Part shown: piece by piece, positions 9,321-19,248 of the stretch
Numbering within the stretch: the stretch's first letter is position 1
Layout of the letters: each line of letters begins with the position of its first letter
From: an uncultured Gammaproteobacteria bacterium
GTDB lineage: Bacteria > Pseudomonadota > Gammaproteobacteria > Arenicellales > Arenicellaceae
Length of the DNA stretch: 55,935 nucleotides
Assembly: GCA_964549895.1 (NCBI GenBank)
Contig: CAZJWW010000001.1
Span: 16,532-72,466, forward strand
Reading direction: 5' to 3'
The notes under the pieces: model-generated
Told to the model about the DNA's origin: nothing
What the model saw: only the letters and a program-made list of their open reading frames with translations
Databases searched by the model: none
Position numbers and translations under genes: made by a program

Positions 9321-11353
9321 ATTCCGGTTTGCTGTAGCAAAGCTTGTATATCAGGAGTGCGCCCCCGAAATTCTTTAAATAAATCGTTTTGATCTTCAAC
9401 ACCCCCTCGTTGCAAAATTGCCGTGAGAAAGTCACGCCCAGTATCCTTATTAAAAATGCCTTCTTCTTCAAATCGGCTAAAGGCGTCAGCCGACAACACT
9501 TCGGACCACTTATAACTGTAGTAACCCGCAGCATAACCCCCTGCAAAAATATGGCTAAAACTATTTTGAAACCGATTGTTCGCTGGGGGCATGATTACGG
9601 CGACTTGCTCACGCACTTCGTCCAATACCGATTGTACTGATTGTCCTTCAGGCTCGAATTTGCTGTGCAGACGCATATCAAACATCGCAAATTCTACTTG
9701 GCGTAAGGTTTGCATGCCACTTTGAAAATTTTTGGCGGCGCGCATTTTATCTAAGAGTTCCGTGGGTAACGGTTCATTGCTTCGATAGTGCCGAGCAATT
9801 AAATTCAAGCTTTGTTCATGCCAGCACCAGTTTTCTAAAAATTGACTGGGTAACTCTACGGCATCCCACGCCACACCGTTAATTCCTGCTACGCTCATTT
9901 CATCTACCTCGGTTAGGAGATGATGCAAAGTATGGCCAAATTCATGAAACAGCGTTTCTACTTCACTGTGGGCTAACAACGCCGGGTCGTCGCCGATCGG
10001 CGGAGCGAAATTACAGGTCAAATAGGCCACTGGTATTTGTAGCTCGTCGCCCATAACGCGACGGTCAATACAGGTGTCCATCCAAGCGCCACCGCGTTTA
10101 TTTTTACGCACATACAAATCGGCATAGAATTGACCAATGATAGATTGACCACCGTCCTGATTGTCACGGCACACATCGAAGCATCGAACATCTTTGTGCC
10201 AAGTTTCGATAGTATTGTTGGCACTGATGCTGATCCCAAATAAGCGCTTAGCACATTCAAACAGTCCATCGAACACGGTGGGAGCCGGTAGATAGGGTTT
10301 TATTTGTTCGTCACTAAACGCATACCGTTGTTCGCGCAATTTTTCTGAGTAGTAACTAATATCCCAAGACTCTAAGGCACCGCGATGACCAACTTCTTGT
10401 GCAAATATTTTAAGTTCTGCCAGCTCTTTTTCGGCTACTGGTTTTGCGTAGCTGACCAGTTCCTCAAGAAATTGCACTACCTCATTGCCATTGCTAGCCA
10501 TCTTCTTAACTAGGGAGTATTCAGCATAGTTTTTATACCCCAATAGTTTGGCTTTCTCTTTCTTCAGCGCTAATATTTCCTTGATTAAGGGAGCATTGTC
10601 AAACTGGCCATCGTCACTGAATTCGCTAGCACGAGTAGAGTAAGCCAAGTACAATTCTTTGCGTAATTCTGCATCATCAGCATGTTGCATAACCGCTAGA
10701 TAGGACGGAATCTGAAGATTCAATAACCAACCTTTCTGGCCCGCTTCTTCGGCCAGTTGACTTGCCATGTTCAAGCTACTAGCGGGCAAGCCGGCTAATT
10801 TATTTTTATCTTTGACTATTTTTTGCCAGGCTTGAGTCGCATCCAGTACATTGCGACTGAAGTTATTGCTTAATTCGGAGAGTCGATTATTGATTTCCCT
10901 AAAACGTTGTTGTTCTTTATCAGTCAATTCAGCGCCACTGAGGCGAAATTCTAATAAGCTGTTATCAATAATTTTCTTCTGAGCAATTGATAATTGATCG
11001 AATTCAGTGCTTTGTTTAATAGCTTTAAATTGCTTGAATAGGTCAGGATCTTGACCTACCTCAGAGCTATATTCGGTTAATAATCTTATACCTTGTTGGT
11101 ACGCATCGCGTAACTCGCTGCTGTCTCGTACTCCGTTTAGGTGTCCAACTGGGGACCATACCCTACCAATTCGTTCGTTTATGTCTTCGATTTTGTCAGC
11201 AAAGTTTTGCCAGTTCGCAACTTCTAAACTCCCCAATGTCTTGATGTGGGCTCGTGATTCTTTTAGCACTGTTTCGAGCGCCGGCAATACATGTTCTGCT
11301 TTAATAGACTGAAAGAAGGGCAGTTGATCAAAATTTAGTAGAGGGTTGTTCAT
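9314..11353 (-). CDS. prlC: Oligopeptidase A (M3 peptidase)
   Basis: NPLL N-terminus, KRGGAWM, HEFGH (HExxH), DAVELPSQFLENW and FSHIFAGGYAAGYYSYKW. Confidence 0.95.
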   Translation of the reverse strand: MNNPLLNFDQLPFFQSIKAEHVLPALETVLKESRAHIKTLGSLEVANWQNFADKIEDINERIGRVWSPVGHLNGVRDSSELRDAYQQGIRLLTEYSSEVGQDPDLFKQFKAIKQSTEFDQLSIAQKKIIDNSLLEFRLSGAELTDKEQQRFREINNRLSELSNNFSRNVLDATQAWQKIVKDKNKLAGLPASSLNMASQLAEEAGQKGWLLNLQIPSYLAVMQHADDAELRKELYLAYSTRASEFSDDGQFDNAPLIKEILALKKEKAKLLGYKNYAEYSLVKKMASNGNEVVQFLEELVSYAKPVAEKELAELKIFAQEVGHRGALESWDISYYSEKLREQRYAFSDEQIKPYLPAPTVFDGLFECAKRLFGISISANNTIETWHKDVRCFDVCRDNQDGGQSIIGQFYADLYVRKNKRGGAWMDTCIDRRVMGDELQIPVAYLTCNFAPPIGDDPALLAHSEVETLFHEFGHTLHHLLTEVDEMSVAGINGVAWDAVELPSQFLENWCWHEQSLNLIARHYRSNEPLPTELLDKMRAAKNFQSGMQTLRQVEFAMFDMRLHSKFEPEGQSVQSVLDEVREQVAVIMPPANNRFQNSFSHIFAGGYAAGYYSYKWSEVLSADAFSRFEEEGIFNKDTGRDFLTAILQRGGVEDQNDLFKEFRGRTPDIQALLQQTGIC

Positions 11354-11372
11354 GGTTTAAACTAATTTTCTA

Positions 11373-12626
11373 TTATGGTAATAGCGCTTCGCCTTGAATA
11401 AGTTCTTCAGCAGTTTCTCGTCGACGAACAATATGCAGTTGGTCGCCGTCAACCATGATTTCAGGAGGCTTGGGGCGCGAATTATAGTTGCCAGCCATGA
11501 CAAATCCATAGGCACCTGCTGATTTTACCGCTAATAAATCATCGGCGCTAACACGTAGCGTACGATCATAGCCAAGCACGTCGGCTGACTCGCAAATAGG
11601 ACCAACCACGTCGTAGGTATTTTCTTCAGCTTCACCATGCTCATTGACGCAAACAATGTCATGGTAAGCCTGATACAGAGACGGTCGCAGAATATCGTTC
11701 ATGCCCGCATCGACAATAACAAAATTTTTAGTGGCGTTATGTTTTAGGTATTCGACCTGCGTTAACAACACACCAGAGTTACCAGCGATATAGCGACCCG
11801 GTTCAATAGAGATGGGTAAGCTTATATCGTTTTTTTTCAAACCGTCTAGCATAGCCGACACATAGTCAGTAGCGCTTGGGGGCTGCTCGCCTTGATAATC
11901 AATGCCTAGCCCACCACCCAAATCGAGCTGTTGAATAACTATGTCTCGTTTGGCCAAGCGCTTCACCATCGCAAGCACTAATTCCAATGCGTCTTGAAAC
12001 GGACTGGTTTTAGTTATTTGAGAACCGATGTGACAAGCAACCCCATGAACTTCAATATTGTCCATAGCGTCGGCTTGCACGTAGGCATCGAAGGCCGCTT
12101 CCATGGGAATTCCAAATTTGGCTTTTTCCATTCCAGTGGAGATATAGGGGTGGGTTTGTGGATTTACATTGGGGTTAACGCGCAGTGCTATAGGAGCAAT
12201 TTTATTCTGCTCAGCGGCAACTTCTTGTACCCGTTCCAATTCAGCCACTGACTCAACGTTAATGCTACGAATACCAGTCATGATAGCCAGTTTAATTTCT
12301 TCTCGTGATTTCGCCACACCTGACATAACGACTTTGCCAGGGTCACCGCCGGCAGCTAACACGCGGCGTAGTTCGCCAGCAGAAACAATATCAAAACCTG
12401 AGCCCAACCTTGCCAAAATGTTTAATACGGCAAGATTGCTATTCGCTTTTACTGCATAGCAAATAGTATGCGGGTGATCACCGAAGGCCGAATCCAGAGA
12501 TTGCCATTGATGCTCAAATGCAGCACGTGAATAGACATAGCAAGGCGTGCCAATTTGCTCTGCGATGACTGACAAGGGTAATTCTTCAGCGCACAGTTGG
12601 CCGTTTTTGAAGTCGAAAAAATCCAT
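11373..12626 (-). CDS. lysA: Diaminopimelate decarboxylase
   Basis: YAVKAN (PLP lysine), HIGSQ, EPGR, GPICESAD and NYNSRP. Confidence 0.96.
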   Translation of the reverse strand: MDFFDFKNGQLCAEELPLSVIAEQIGTPCYVYSRAAFEHQWQSLDSAFGDHPHTICYAVKANSNLAVLNILARLGSGFDIVSAGELRRVLAAGGDPGKVVMSGVAKSREEIKLAIMTGIRSINVESVAELERVQEVAAEQNKIAPIALRVNPNVNPQTHPYISTGMEKAKFGIPMEAAFDAYVQADAMDNIEVHGVACHIGSQITKTSPFQDALELVLAMVKRLAKRDIVIQQLDLGGGLGIDYQGEQPPSATDYVSAMLDGLKKNDISLPISIEPGRYIAGNSGVLLTQVEYLKHNATKNFVIVDAGMNDILRPSLYQAYHDIVCVNEHGEAEENTYDVVGPICESADVLGYDRTLRVSADDLLAVKSAGAYGFVMAGNYNSRPKPPEIMVDGDQLHIVRRRETAEELIQGEALLP

Positions 12627-12727
12627 GGTGTGACTAATTTCTTAGGGCGTTTTTATTAGGGCCTGTTTGAGAAGGCGTAGTATTATGATCTCGCGAGAAA
12701 ATTCATAAAAACACGTTAGTGTCCTAT

Positions 12728-12910
12728 CTACCTGGTTAGTTCAGGTTCCTGAGTTTGTGTGGTCTTGGTATCGACACCTTCTTCAAGATCGGTAATTACT
12801 TGGGCTTCGGTTCTATCGGTAGGAATAACCTGTATCGGGCCTTTTTGGCCACAGGCGCTAAATAGCACAAGCAGTCCAAAAAGTAAGGTGAATTTAGGTA
12901 GGGGTTGCAT
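12728..12910 (-). CDS. lptM: Small outer-membrane lipoprotein, LptM/YifL/LppL family
   Basis: Lipobox FSA-CGQKGP and the conserved position immediately upstream of lysA. Confidence 0.75.
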   Translation of the reverse strand: MQPLPKFTLLFGLLVLFSACGQKGPIQVIPTDRTEAQVITDLEEGVDTKTTQTQEPELTR

Positions 12911-12932
12911 ATACTTCTCCGAGTTAGTTTTG

Positions 12933-14339
12933 CTAGGTTTGGTTACTATTTTTTAGTCGATCAATAGCGGCGTCTAATGCCTCTTGAACTCGTACAGGCG
13001 CAGTTGCGCCAAAGTGGTCACGAGAATTAATAGAGCCCTGCAGTGTTAGCACCTTATAAACGTCCTCTTGTATCATGGCGCCAAATTTTTGAAATTCGGC
13101 AAGGCTTAAATCAGCTAAAGGCTTATCATGCTTGATAGCATATTGTACCGCGTTACCAACAATTTCGTGGGCGTCACGAAAAGGCACATTTAGGCGTACT
13201 AAATACTCGGCTAAATCAGTGGCGGTAGCGTAGCCTTTTAGAGCCGCATTTTCCATTGTGTCGCGATTAAAGGAAATGCTAGGAATCATTGCCGCAAAGA
13301 CTTGCAGCGAGCTGGTGACAGTATCAACTGTATCAAATATAGGTTCTTTATCTTCTTGATTGTCGCGATTGTAGGCCAGCGGTTGTGATTTCATAATGAT
13401 GAGCAAAGCATTCAGATTGCCGACTACTCGGCCACTTTTACCCCGAACAATCTCGGCGATATCTGGGTTTTTCTTTTGCGGCATTATGCTCGAGCCAGTA
13501 CAAAAACTGTCACCAATATCAATAAATTTATAGGCCTCCGAGGCCCACAAAATAAGTTCCTCGCATATGCGCGATAAGTGGACCATGATCAAACTGGCCG
13601 CGGCATTAAATTCAATTAGAAAGTCTCGATCAGAAACTGCGTCGAGAGAGTTTCTGGTAGGGCGATCAAATCCCAATAATTTACAGCTCAATTCACGGTC
13701 TAAGGGAAAACTAGTTCCAGCTAATGCTGCCGAACCCAGCGGCATTATATTTATGCGTTTACGGCAGTCGCGCATACGCTCGACATCTCGTTCTAACATT
13801 TCATTCCACGCCAGCAGCTGGTGGGTTAACGTAATTGGCTGTGCTACTTGCAGATGAGTAAAGCCAGGTAGAATAGTGCTAACCTCATTTTTGGCTAGCT
13901 CAAGCAAATTGCTTTGTAAGTGTCCGAGCAGAGTCACAACGTCATCGCTGGCGGCACGCATATACAAGCGAATATCCGTTGCAATTTGATCGTTACGTGA
14001 ACGCCCAGTATGTAATTTTTTACCGGCTTCGCCAATCGCATCTGTTAGACGCGCTTCAATGTTCATATGCACGTCTTCGAGCTCAGTTGACCACTCAAAG
14101 TTTCCAGCGTCTATTTGTTGTTCTATGGTCTTGAGTCCGGATTCAATTTGTGCGGCTTCTTCTGCACTAATTACGCCAATACTACTAAGCATTTTACTAT
14201 GTGCAATCGAACCCTGGATATCGTACTTGTACAGGCGCGCATCGAAACTTATGGATTCCGTAAATGACTCTACTAGAGAATTGGTTGGCTCAGTAAAGCG
14301 GCCACCCCAAGGTTTTTTACCAGTCGTTAAATTCGCCAT
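12933..14339 (-). CDS. argH: Argininosuccinate lyase
   Basis: [15 protein letters not shown] and [12 protein letters not shown] signature. Confidence 0.97.
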   Translation of the reverse strand: MANLTTGKKPWGGRFTEPTNSLVESFTESISFDARLYKYDIQGSIAHSKMLSSIGVISAEEAAQIESGLKTIEQQIDAGNFEWSTELEDVHMNIEARLTDAIGEAGKKLHTGRSRNDQIATDIRLYMRAASDDVVTLLGHLQSNLLELAKNEVSTILPGFTHLQVAQPITLTHQLLAWNEMLERDVERMRDCRKRINIMPLGSAALAGTSFPLDRELSCKLLGFDRPTRNSLDAVSDRDFLIEFNAAASLIMVHLSRICEELILWASEAYKFIDIGDSFCTGSSIMPQKKNPDIAEIVRGKSGRVVGNLNALLIIMKSQPLAYNRDNQEDKEPIFDTVDTVTSSLQVFAAMIPSISFNRDTMENAALKGYATATDLAEYLVRLNVPFRDAHEIVGNAVQYAIKHDKPLADLSLAEFQKFGAMIQEDVYKVLTLQGSINSRDHFGATAPVRVQEALDAAIDRLKNSNQT

Positions 14340-14536
14340 GAATTGTTATATACAGTCAGTATCTACGTCAGTGATTAAACTGAGAGTGTGATTTTAAGCC
14401 GTTTGAGATTATACCTTGAGCTGATTGCTGATAGCGAGCTAAGGATTGATTTTTTCAATTAAAGCTCTGACATCGCTGGTGGCTATGCTAAAGTTGTACC
14501 ACTTAAACAATTAGGGAAGTCGTTTATATCCACCTG

Positions 14537-14618
14537 CTTATTGCTACGGTCTTAATTACTATTTACTACGGGCTTAATTACTACCGGTGTAATTACTACA
14601 GGCTTAATTTCCACTAGT
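14537..14618 (+). repeat. Imperfect tandem repeat (~14-16 bp, consensus CTTAATTACTACNGG, 5-6 copies)
   Basis: CTTATTGCTACGGT, CTTAATTACTA, TTTACTACGGG, CTTAATTACTACCGGT, GTAATTACTACAGG and CTTAATTTCCACTAGT, ending 13 nt before the hemC ATG. Confidence 0.75.
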
Positions 14619-14631
14619 TATTTCAATTGCC

Positions 14632-16323
14632 ATGAATCTAATTCGAATCGCTACTCGCAATAGTCCATTGGCCCTTTGGCAGGCTAATTACGTGAAAGAA
14701 GCTTTGCTCGAAGTGCACGATGATTTAACGGTAGAGATTGTTGGCATGACTACCAAGGGAGACCAACTACTGGATCGTAGCTTGGCGCTGGCCGGCGGCA
14801 AAGGTTTGTTTCTCAAAGAATTAGAGGTTTCTTTATTGAATGAAGAAACTGATATCGCGGTGCATTCTATGAAAGATGTGCCGGTTAAATTGCACGCGGG
14901 CCTAGAAATGGCTGCCGTTTGTGAGCGCGGTGATCCACGCGACGCGATGGTGTCGAATATTTATCAAAATTTATACGCTTTGCCAGATGCTTCAATAGTA
15001 GGCACGTCTAGCCTAAGACGCACTTCACAATTGAAACATGCCTTCCCTAAACTAGAATTTAAAGAGCTCAGGGGCAATGTTAACACTAGGCTAGCTAAAT
15101 TGGATGCCGGTGATTACGATGCGATTGTATTGGCCGCCGCCGGTTTGATTCGCCTAGGTTTTGAAGACAGAATTAAACAATACATTACCCCAGAGCTTTG
15201 TTTGCCCGCGGTTGGGCAAGGGATTATCGGGATTGAGTGCCGCGCCAATGATGAGCAAACCAAGGTTTTGTTAGGGCCCTTGCATAGTCGCGAATCTGAT
15301 ATTTTATTACTAGCTGAGCGGACGATGAATAAAGTTCTAGAGGGCGGGTGCCAGGTACCGATTGGAGGATTTGCCGAAATATCCAAAGGCAAAATTCAGA
15401 TGCGGGGTTTGGTTGGTGCTCACGATGGATCAAAGCTTTTACATGGTCATAGCACGACCACCGAAATTTCAATGCCGAGGGCAGCGGAACTTGGTCAGCA
15501 AGTAGCTCAGGAGTTACTTGACCAAGGTGCTGGGGATATTTTAAAAATCGTTCATAGTGATACGGCACCACAAGCTAATCTGCAAAAGGACGCTGTTATA
15601 TTGACGCGTCAGGCGGATTTTTTGGGCAATTGCCGAGCTGTTTTAGAATACTTGGGACATCCTGCGGTACATCTGCCCACGCTTGAAACTAAGGTCAGTA
15701 CGAATGCTGATCTTGAATATAAATTGGCCAATTTGGACCACTATACCGATATTATTTTTGTGTCACGTAACTCCGTAGACATGGGTATGCAGCTGATTAA
15801 TGGGTATGGCGGTTTGCCTGAAAAAATTAGAGTAATGACGGTCGGCCCTGAAACAGCTAAGCAGCTCTATAAGATGGGTATAGAGGCTTTATTTCCTAAA
15901 GTGGGAGTAGGAGCGGAGGCGCTACTCAAGGTCAGTCAAATAAAAGACATGTCGGGACACAATGTATTAATAATGCGCGGCGCGGGCGGTTTGAATTGGC
16001 CATCAGAAGAATTGCGCAAGCGGGGCGCACAAGTTGATCACGCAAATTGTTATATGCAATTATTGCCCAGCGGTAGTGCGCAAAAACTGGCCACTATTCT
16101 TGGCGAGCACAGCAGGCTTGGTGGCGTTTTTGTACACAGTGAACAGAGCGTCATTAACTTAATTTCGATGGCGGGCTTGGGTGCTAAAAAACTCAGTCAG
16201 ACGAAATTGGTGGCGGGCAGTCAGCGCATTGCAGATGCGGCGATAAACCGTGGTTGGGAAGGTGAGATCGTGGTGGCGGAATCGCCTTCAAACAAGCATA
16301 TGATGTTAGCGTTTTCGGCCTAG
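14632..16323 (+). CDS. hemC: Fused hydroxymethylbilane synthase / uroporphyrinogen-III synthase (HemC-HemD)
   Basis: First ~310 aa: IRIATRNSPLALWQA, AVHSMKD, RGNVNTRL, EGGCQVP. Remainder: ILTR, IIFVSRNSV, VGPETA, LIMRGAGG and SQRIA, which are HemD-like. One open frame of 563 aa. Confidence 0.9.
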   Translation: MNLIRIATRNSPLALWQANYVKEALLEVHDDLTVEIVGMTTKGDQLLDRSLALAGGKGLFLKELEVSLLNEETDIAVHSMKDVPVKLHAGLEMAAVCERGDPRDAMVSNIYQNLYALPDASIVGTSSLRRTSQLKHAFPKLEFKELRGNVNTRLAKLDAGDYDAIVLAAAGLIRLGFEDRIKQYITPELCLPAVGQGIIGIECRANDEQTKVLLGPLHSRESDILLLAERTMNKVLEGGCQVPIGGFAEISKGKIQMRGLVGAHDGSKLLHGHSTTTEISMPRAAELGQQVAQELLDQGAGDILKIVHSDTAPQANLQKDAVILTRQADFLGNCRAVLEYLGHPAVHLPTLETKVSTNADLEYKLANLDHYTDIIFVSRNSVDMGMQLINGYGGLPEKIRVMTVGPETAKQLYKMGIEALFPKVGVGAEALLKVSQIKDMSGHNVLIMRGAGGLNWPSEELRKRGAQVDHANCYMQLLPSGSAQKLATILGEHSRLGGVFVHSEQSVINLISMAGLGAKKLSQTKLVAGSQRIADAAINRGWEGEIVVAESPSNKHMMLAFSA

Positions 16324-16515
16324 CAATCACTAGATTGGTGCGTCTGGGGATTTAGAGAGCTTGTGATAATTTGTAACAAGTATGAAAACGGAGGCTCTCA
16401 ATACAGCTGTGGCATAGTATCGTCTAGACATAGTGCACTGTAACGCCCTGTGTTAAACTTTTCTTCCAAAACGACAAGATGATTAAGGTATTTCGGTACT
16501 TTCGGATATTCAAGT

Positions 16516-17853
16516 ATGACTGATTCAAAAAAGGAAGCTCCAGATCCTATAAGTGGCCCCGAGTCTACTATCAAGCCCAAGCCCAAGCCCAAGCAGCAGT
16601 CTAACCAAAAGGCTAATCGCAGTTCCCAAGGTAACCGTAATCGTCAAGTAAGTACTAACTCGCAGACCACGACGAATACCAGCTCAAAGACTAATAATCA
16701 GACCAAGACTAATAATCAGACCAAAACTAATATGAATAATAGCAGTGCCGCCGCAGAGCAAAAAATGGCTGAAACCGATGAAGCTACGTCTAGACCAGCC
16801 GCAGCCAGTGTTTCAAATGAAAATAATGGCAAAAAAAGTGGAGGCAAAGGCTTAAGCTTATTCGCAATATTGTTGTCACTACTTGCTTTGGCAGGCTCGG
16901 GTTTAACGTGGTATGAAAACCAAAAATCCGGTTCCGGATTGGCAGTAGGAGTAACTGAGATCGGCGGTCAAATCACGCGTATGAGTGATTCAATTGCGGT
17001 ATTAAGCAAACAGCAAAGCGAGGTGGTCAGTCAGGCGCAACTATCCACTCGTTTGTTAGAAGCTGACGTAAAAGTCGATAAGCAATTGCAAGCTATTCGC
17101 AGCGACCAGGTAGAGATGCAAGCCGCTGTTCAAAAGGTAAATAGTGATTTACAAAGTGGTGTAGATGACTTTGTATTAGATGAAGTCTCGCAATTGATGA
17201 AGTTGGCAAACAATAGTGCTTTATTTTCTAATGACACAAGATCATCTATCAATGCATTGAGTTTGGCGGATATTCAGTTAAAAGAATTGGCTGAGCCGCG
17301 GTTTAGCGCCGTGCGAAAAAAAATAAACAGTGAGATTGCTGCATTGAAAGCGGTTAAATTACCCGATATTGAAAAGCTCTCGGCGCAATTATCAGGGCTC
17401 TCGGCTCAGGTTTCTGACTTGCCATTGGCAAACGAGCCACCAGTTGCGGAAACCATTGAGTTGACCTCAGAGGATACTGCCGATGCCCCCATCAGCTGGC
17501 GCACTGAAATGCGAAAGATATTTAATGACATGGTTAACTCCGTGAGTATTCAGCGTGTGGATCAACCTCCCAAACCATTGCTGGTACCGGAGCAACGATA
17601 TTTCCTCAATCAAAATTTACTGTTGAACCTGAATAAGGCCGAAGTTGCTTTACTACAAAAACAACAAAGCGTATACACGAAAAGCCTGCAATCCAGTGAA
17701 CAATGGCTAAAGGAATATTTTGATACTAGAGATGAAAGAGTAAAGTCGGTTCTATCTCAGATAGCTCAACTTAAGCGCGCAAAGATTTTGGTAGAATTGC
17801 CATCCATTACTGGCTCTTATGACGCCTTGCAATCGATTAAGGGCGGGCAGTAA
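16516..17853 (+). CDS. hemX: HemX family membrane protein with low-complexity N-terminal extension
   Basis: Single TM, coiled coil, PLLVPEQRYFLNQNL and WLKEYFD; lies between hemD and hemY. The start could be 16732 or later. Confidence 0.85.
   Translation: MTDSKKEAPDPISGPESTIKPKPKPKQQSNQKANRSSQGNRNRQVSTNSQTTTNTSSKTNNQTKTNNQTKTNMNNSSAAAEQKMAETDEATSRPAAASVSNENNGKKSGGKGLSLFAILLSLLALAGSGLTWYENQKSGSGLAVGVTEIGGQITRMSDSIAVLSKQQSEVVSQAQLSTRLLEADVKVDKQLQAIRSDQVEMQAAVQKVNSDLQSGVDDFVLDEVSQLMKLANNSALFSNDTRSSINALSLADIQLKELAEPRFSAVRKKINSEIAALKAVKLPDIEKLSAQLSGLSAQVSDLPLANEPPVAETIELTSEDTADAPISWRTEMRKIFNDMVNSVSIQRVDQPPKPLLVPEQRYFLNQNLLLNLNKAEVALLQKQQSVYTKSLQSSEQWLKEYFDTRDERVKSVLSQIAQLKRAKILVELPSITGSYDALQSIKGGQ
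16573..16732 (+). repeat. Coding micro-repeats: (AAGCCC)x3 and 18-bp AAGACTAATAATCAGACC x2.5
   Basis: Hexamers at 16573-16590; 18-mers at 16687-16704, 16705-16722 and partial 16723-16732 (KPKPKPK; KTNNQT). Confidence 0.8.
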
Positions 17854-17855
17854 TC

Positions 17856-19172
17856 ATGCGTTATATCATTTTATTACTGCTAGCAGCCGCCTGCGGCTAC
17901 GGAGTAATGCAGATCGACAATATTGATCCCGATAATTACGTCAAGATGTACCTTGGCAACTACGTTATTGAAATAAAAGTGCTGGGATTTTTGTTGCTCA
18001 CTATTGCCGCGGTAGTCGTTTTATACCTCCTGATTAGTTTGCTTCGCAAGTTATGGAAAGCCCCCGCTTCTTTTTCGAACTGGCGTAAACGTAAAAGTAG
18101 TGACAAAGCCGATGAAGCACTTGGCTCAGGCTATCTATCATTGATCAAAGGTGATTGGAAGCGTGCAGAAAAGTTGCTCACCAGTAAGTCTGAACACAGT
18201 AAGCTGCCTTATATAAATTATTTGGCAGCAGCTCAAGCTGCCCAGGAACAAGGGCGTATGGCGCAAAGAGATGACTATTTGAATGCGGCCTATAAAGCTG
18301 CACCCAAAGAAAGGTTAGCTATTGGTTTAACCAAAGCGAGGTTACATCAAACGGCGGGTCAAATGGATGCAGCGCTGGCGACTTTAGAAGACATCGAATT
18401 GATCGGTCGAAAAAACCCTCAATACACGGCCATGCTGATGCAAACTCATGAGCAAATGGAAAACTGGGAAGGCGTGCAAGATTTAATGCCAACCGCCAAA
18501 AAGCAAGCTGCCTTGCCGTCTGATTTGCTAAAACAAATGAATGATAAGTTTTACACTGCCCATCTAGCCAGTGCCGACGACGTTGATAACGTTTGGCGCT
18601 CATTGCCTCGTGATCAAAAAAAGTTGCCTGACAACGTATTACTTTATGCAGGTCAGTTAATCAATAAGGGCGAGGGCGCAACTGCAGAGAAGTTAATACG
18701 TTCGGCGTTAAAATCATCGTGGAGTGACGGCTTAGTGCGCTTGTATGGCAGCCTAGAAAGTGCCAAACCTGCCAAGCTCAGAAGAAGAGTTGAAGGCTGG
18801 TTGTTGGCAAGGCCCGAAGATGCTGAATTAAATTTAGCGGCTGGGCGTTTTGCCATGCGTGAAGAAAACTATGATCTTGCGATAGAGTATCTGGAAGCCT
18901 CGATTAAAAATGGACGCTTAGCCGCAGCTTATTCTTTGCTAGGTGATGCTTACGAAGCATCAGGCGACAGCGGTAAAGCTCTACGCCTATATCGAGACGG
19001 TATGCTCGCTTTATCTCATGATGCAGAAAATGAAATAATATCGCCTTCATTGGTGCTCGCTGAAAATTCAAAAGCGGAATCATCCGTGACCGCAAAGGAA
19101 GAGGGAGCTGATTCAGAACAGAAAGCGTCGATTGAGGCCGCTAAAGAAGGTCAGTTAGTCGCTAATAGTTAA
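17856..19172 (+). CDS. hemY: HemY N-terminal domain / TPR protein
   Basis: Two N-terminal TMs, GDWKRAEK, YLAAAQAA and TPR-like helices; directly follows hemX. Confidence 0.88.
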   Translation: MRYIILLLLAAACGYGVMQIDNIDPDNYVKMYLGNYVIEIKVLGFLLLTIAAVVVLYLLISLLRKLWKAPASFSNWRKRKSSDKADEALGSGYLSLIKGDWKRAEKLLTSKSEHSKLPYINYLAAAQAAQEQGRMAQRDDYLNAAYKAAPKERLAIGLTKARLHQTAGQMDAALATLEDIELIGRKNPQYTAMLMQTHEQMENWEGVQDLMPTAKKQAALPSDLLKQMNDKFYTAHLASADDVDNVWRSLPRDQKKLPDNVLLYAGQLINKGEGATAEKLIRSALKSSWSDGLVRLYGSLESAKPAKLRRRVEGWLLARPEDAELNLAAGRFAMREENYDLAIEYLEASIKNGRLAAAYSLLGDAYEASGDSGKALRLYRDGMLALSHDAENEIISPSLVLAENSKAESSVTAKEEGADSEQKASIEAAKEGQLVANS

Positions 19173-19248
19173 GTCTATATTTATGGTAGGTACTCCTTTT
19201 GCATAGGGTGGGTGCTACCACTTTTTGTAAAAACGTGCCTCACAATCA

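Noticed and set aside
14338-14360. ARG box or SOS box at the argH start
   Set aside because: Half-site matches only (TGAAT; TATACAG).
13817-14482. Two E. coli Chi octamers (GCTGGTGG at 13817 and 14475)
   Set aside because: Two hits noticed in 56 kb is compatible with chance, and AddAB enzymes need not use this sequence.
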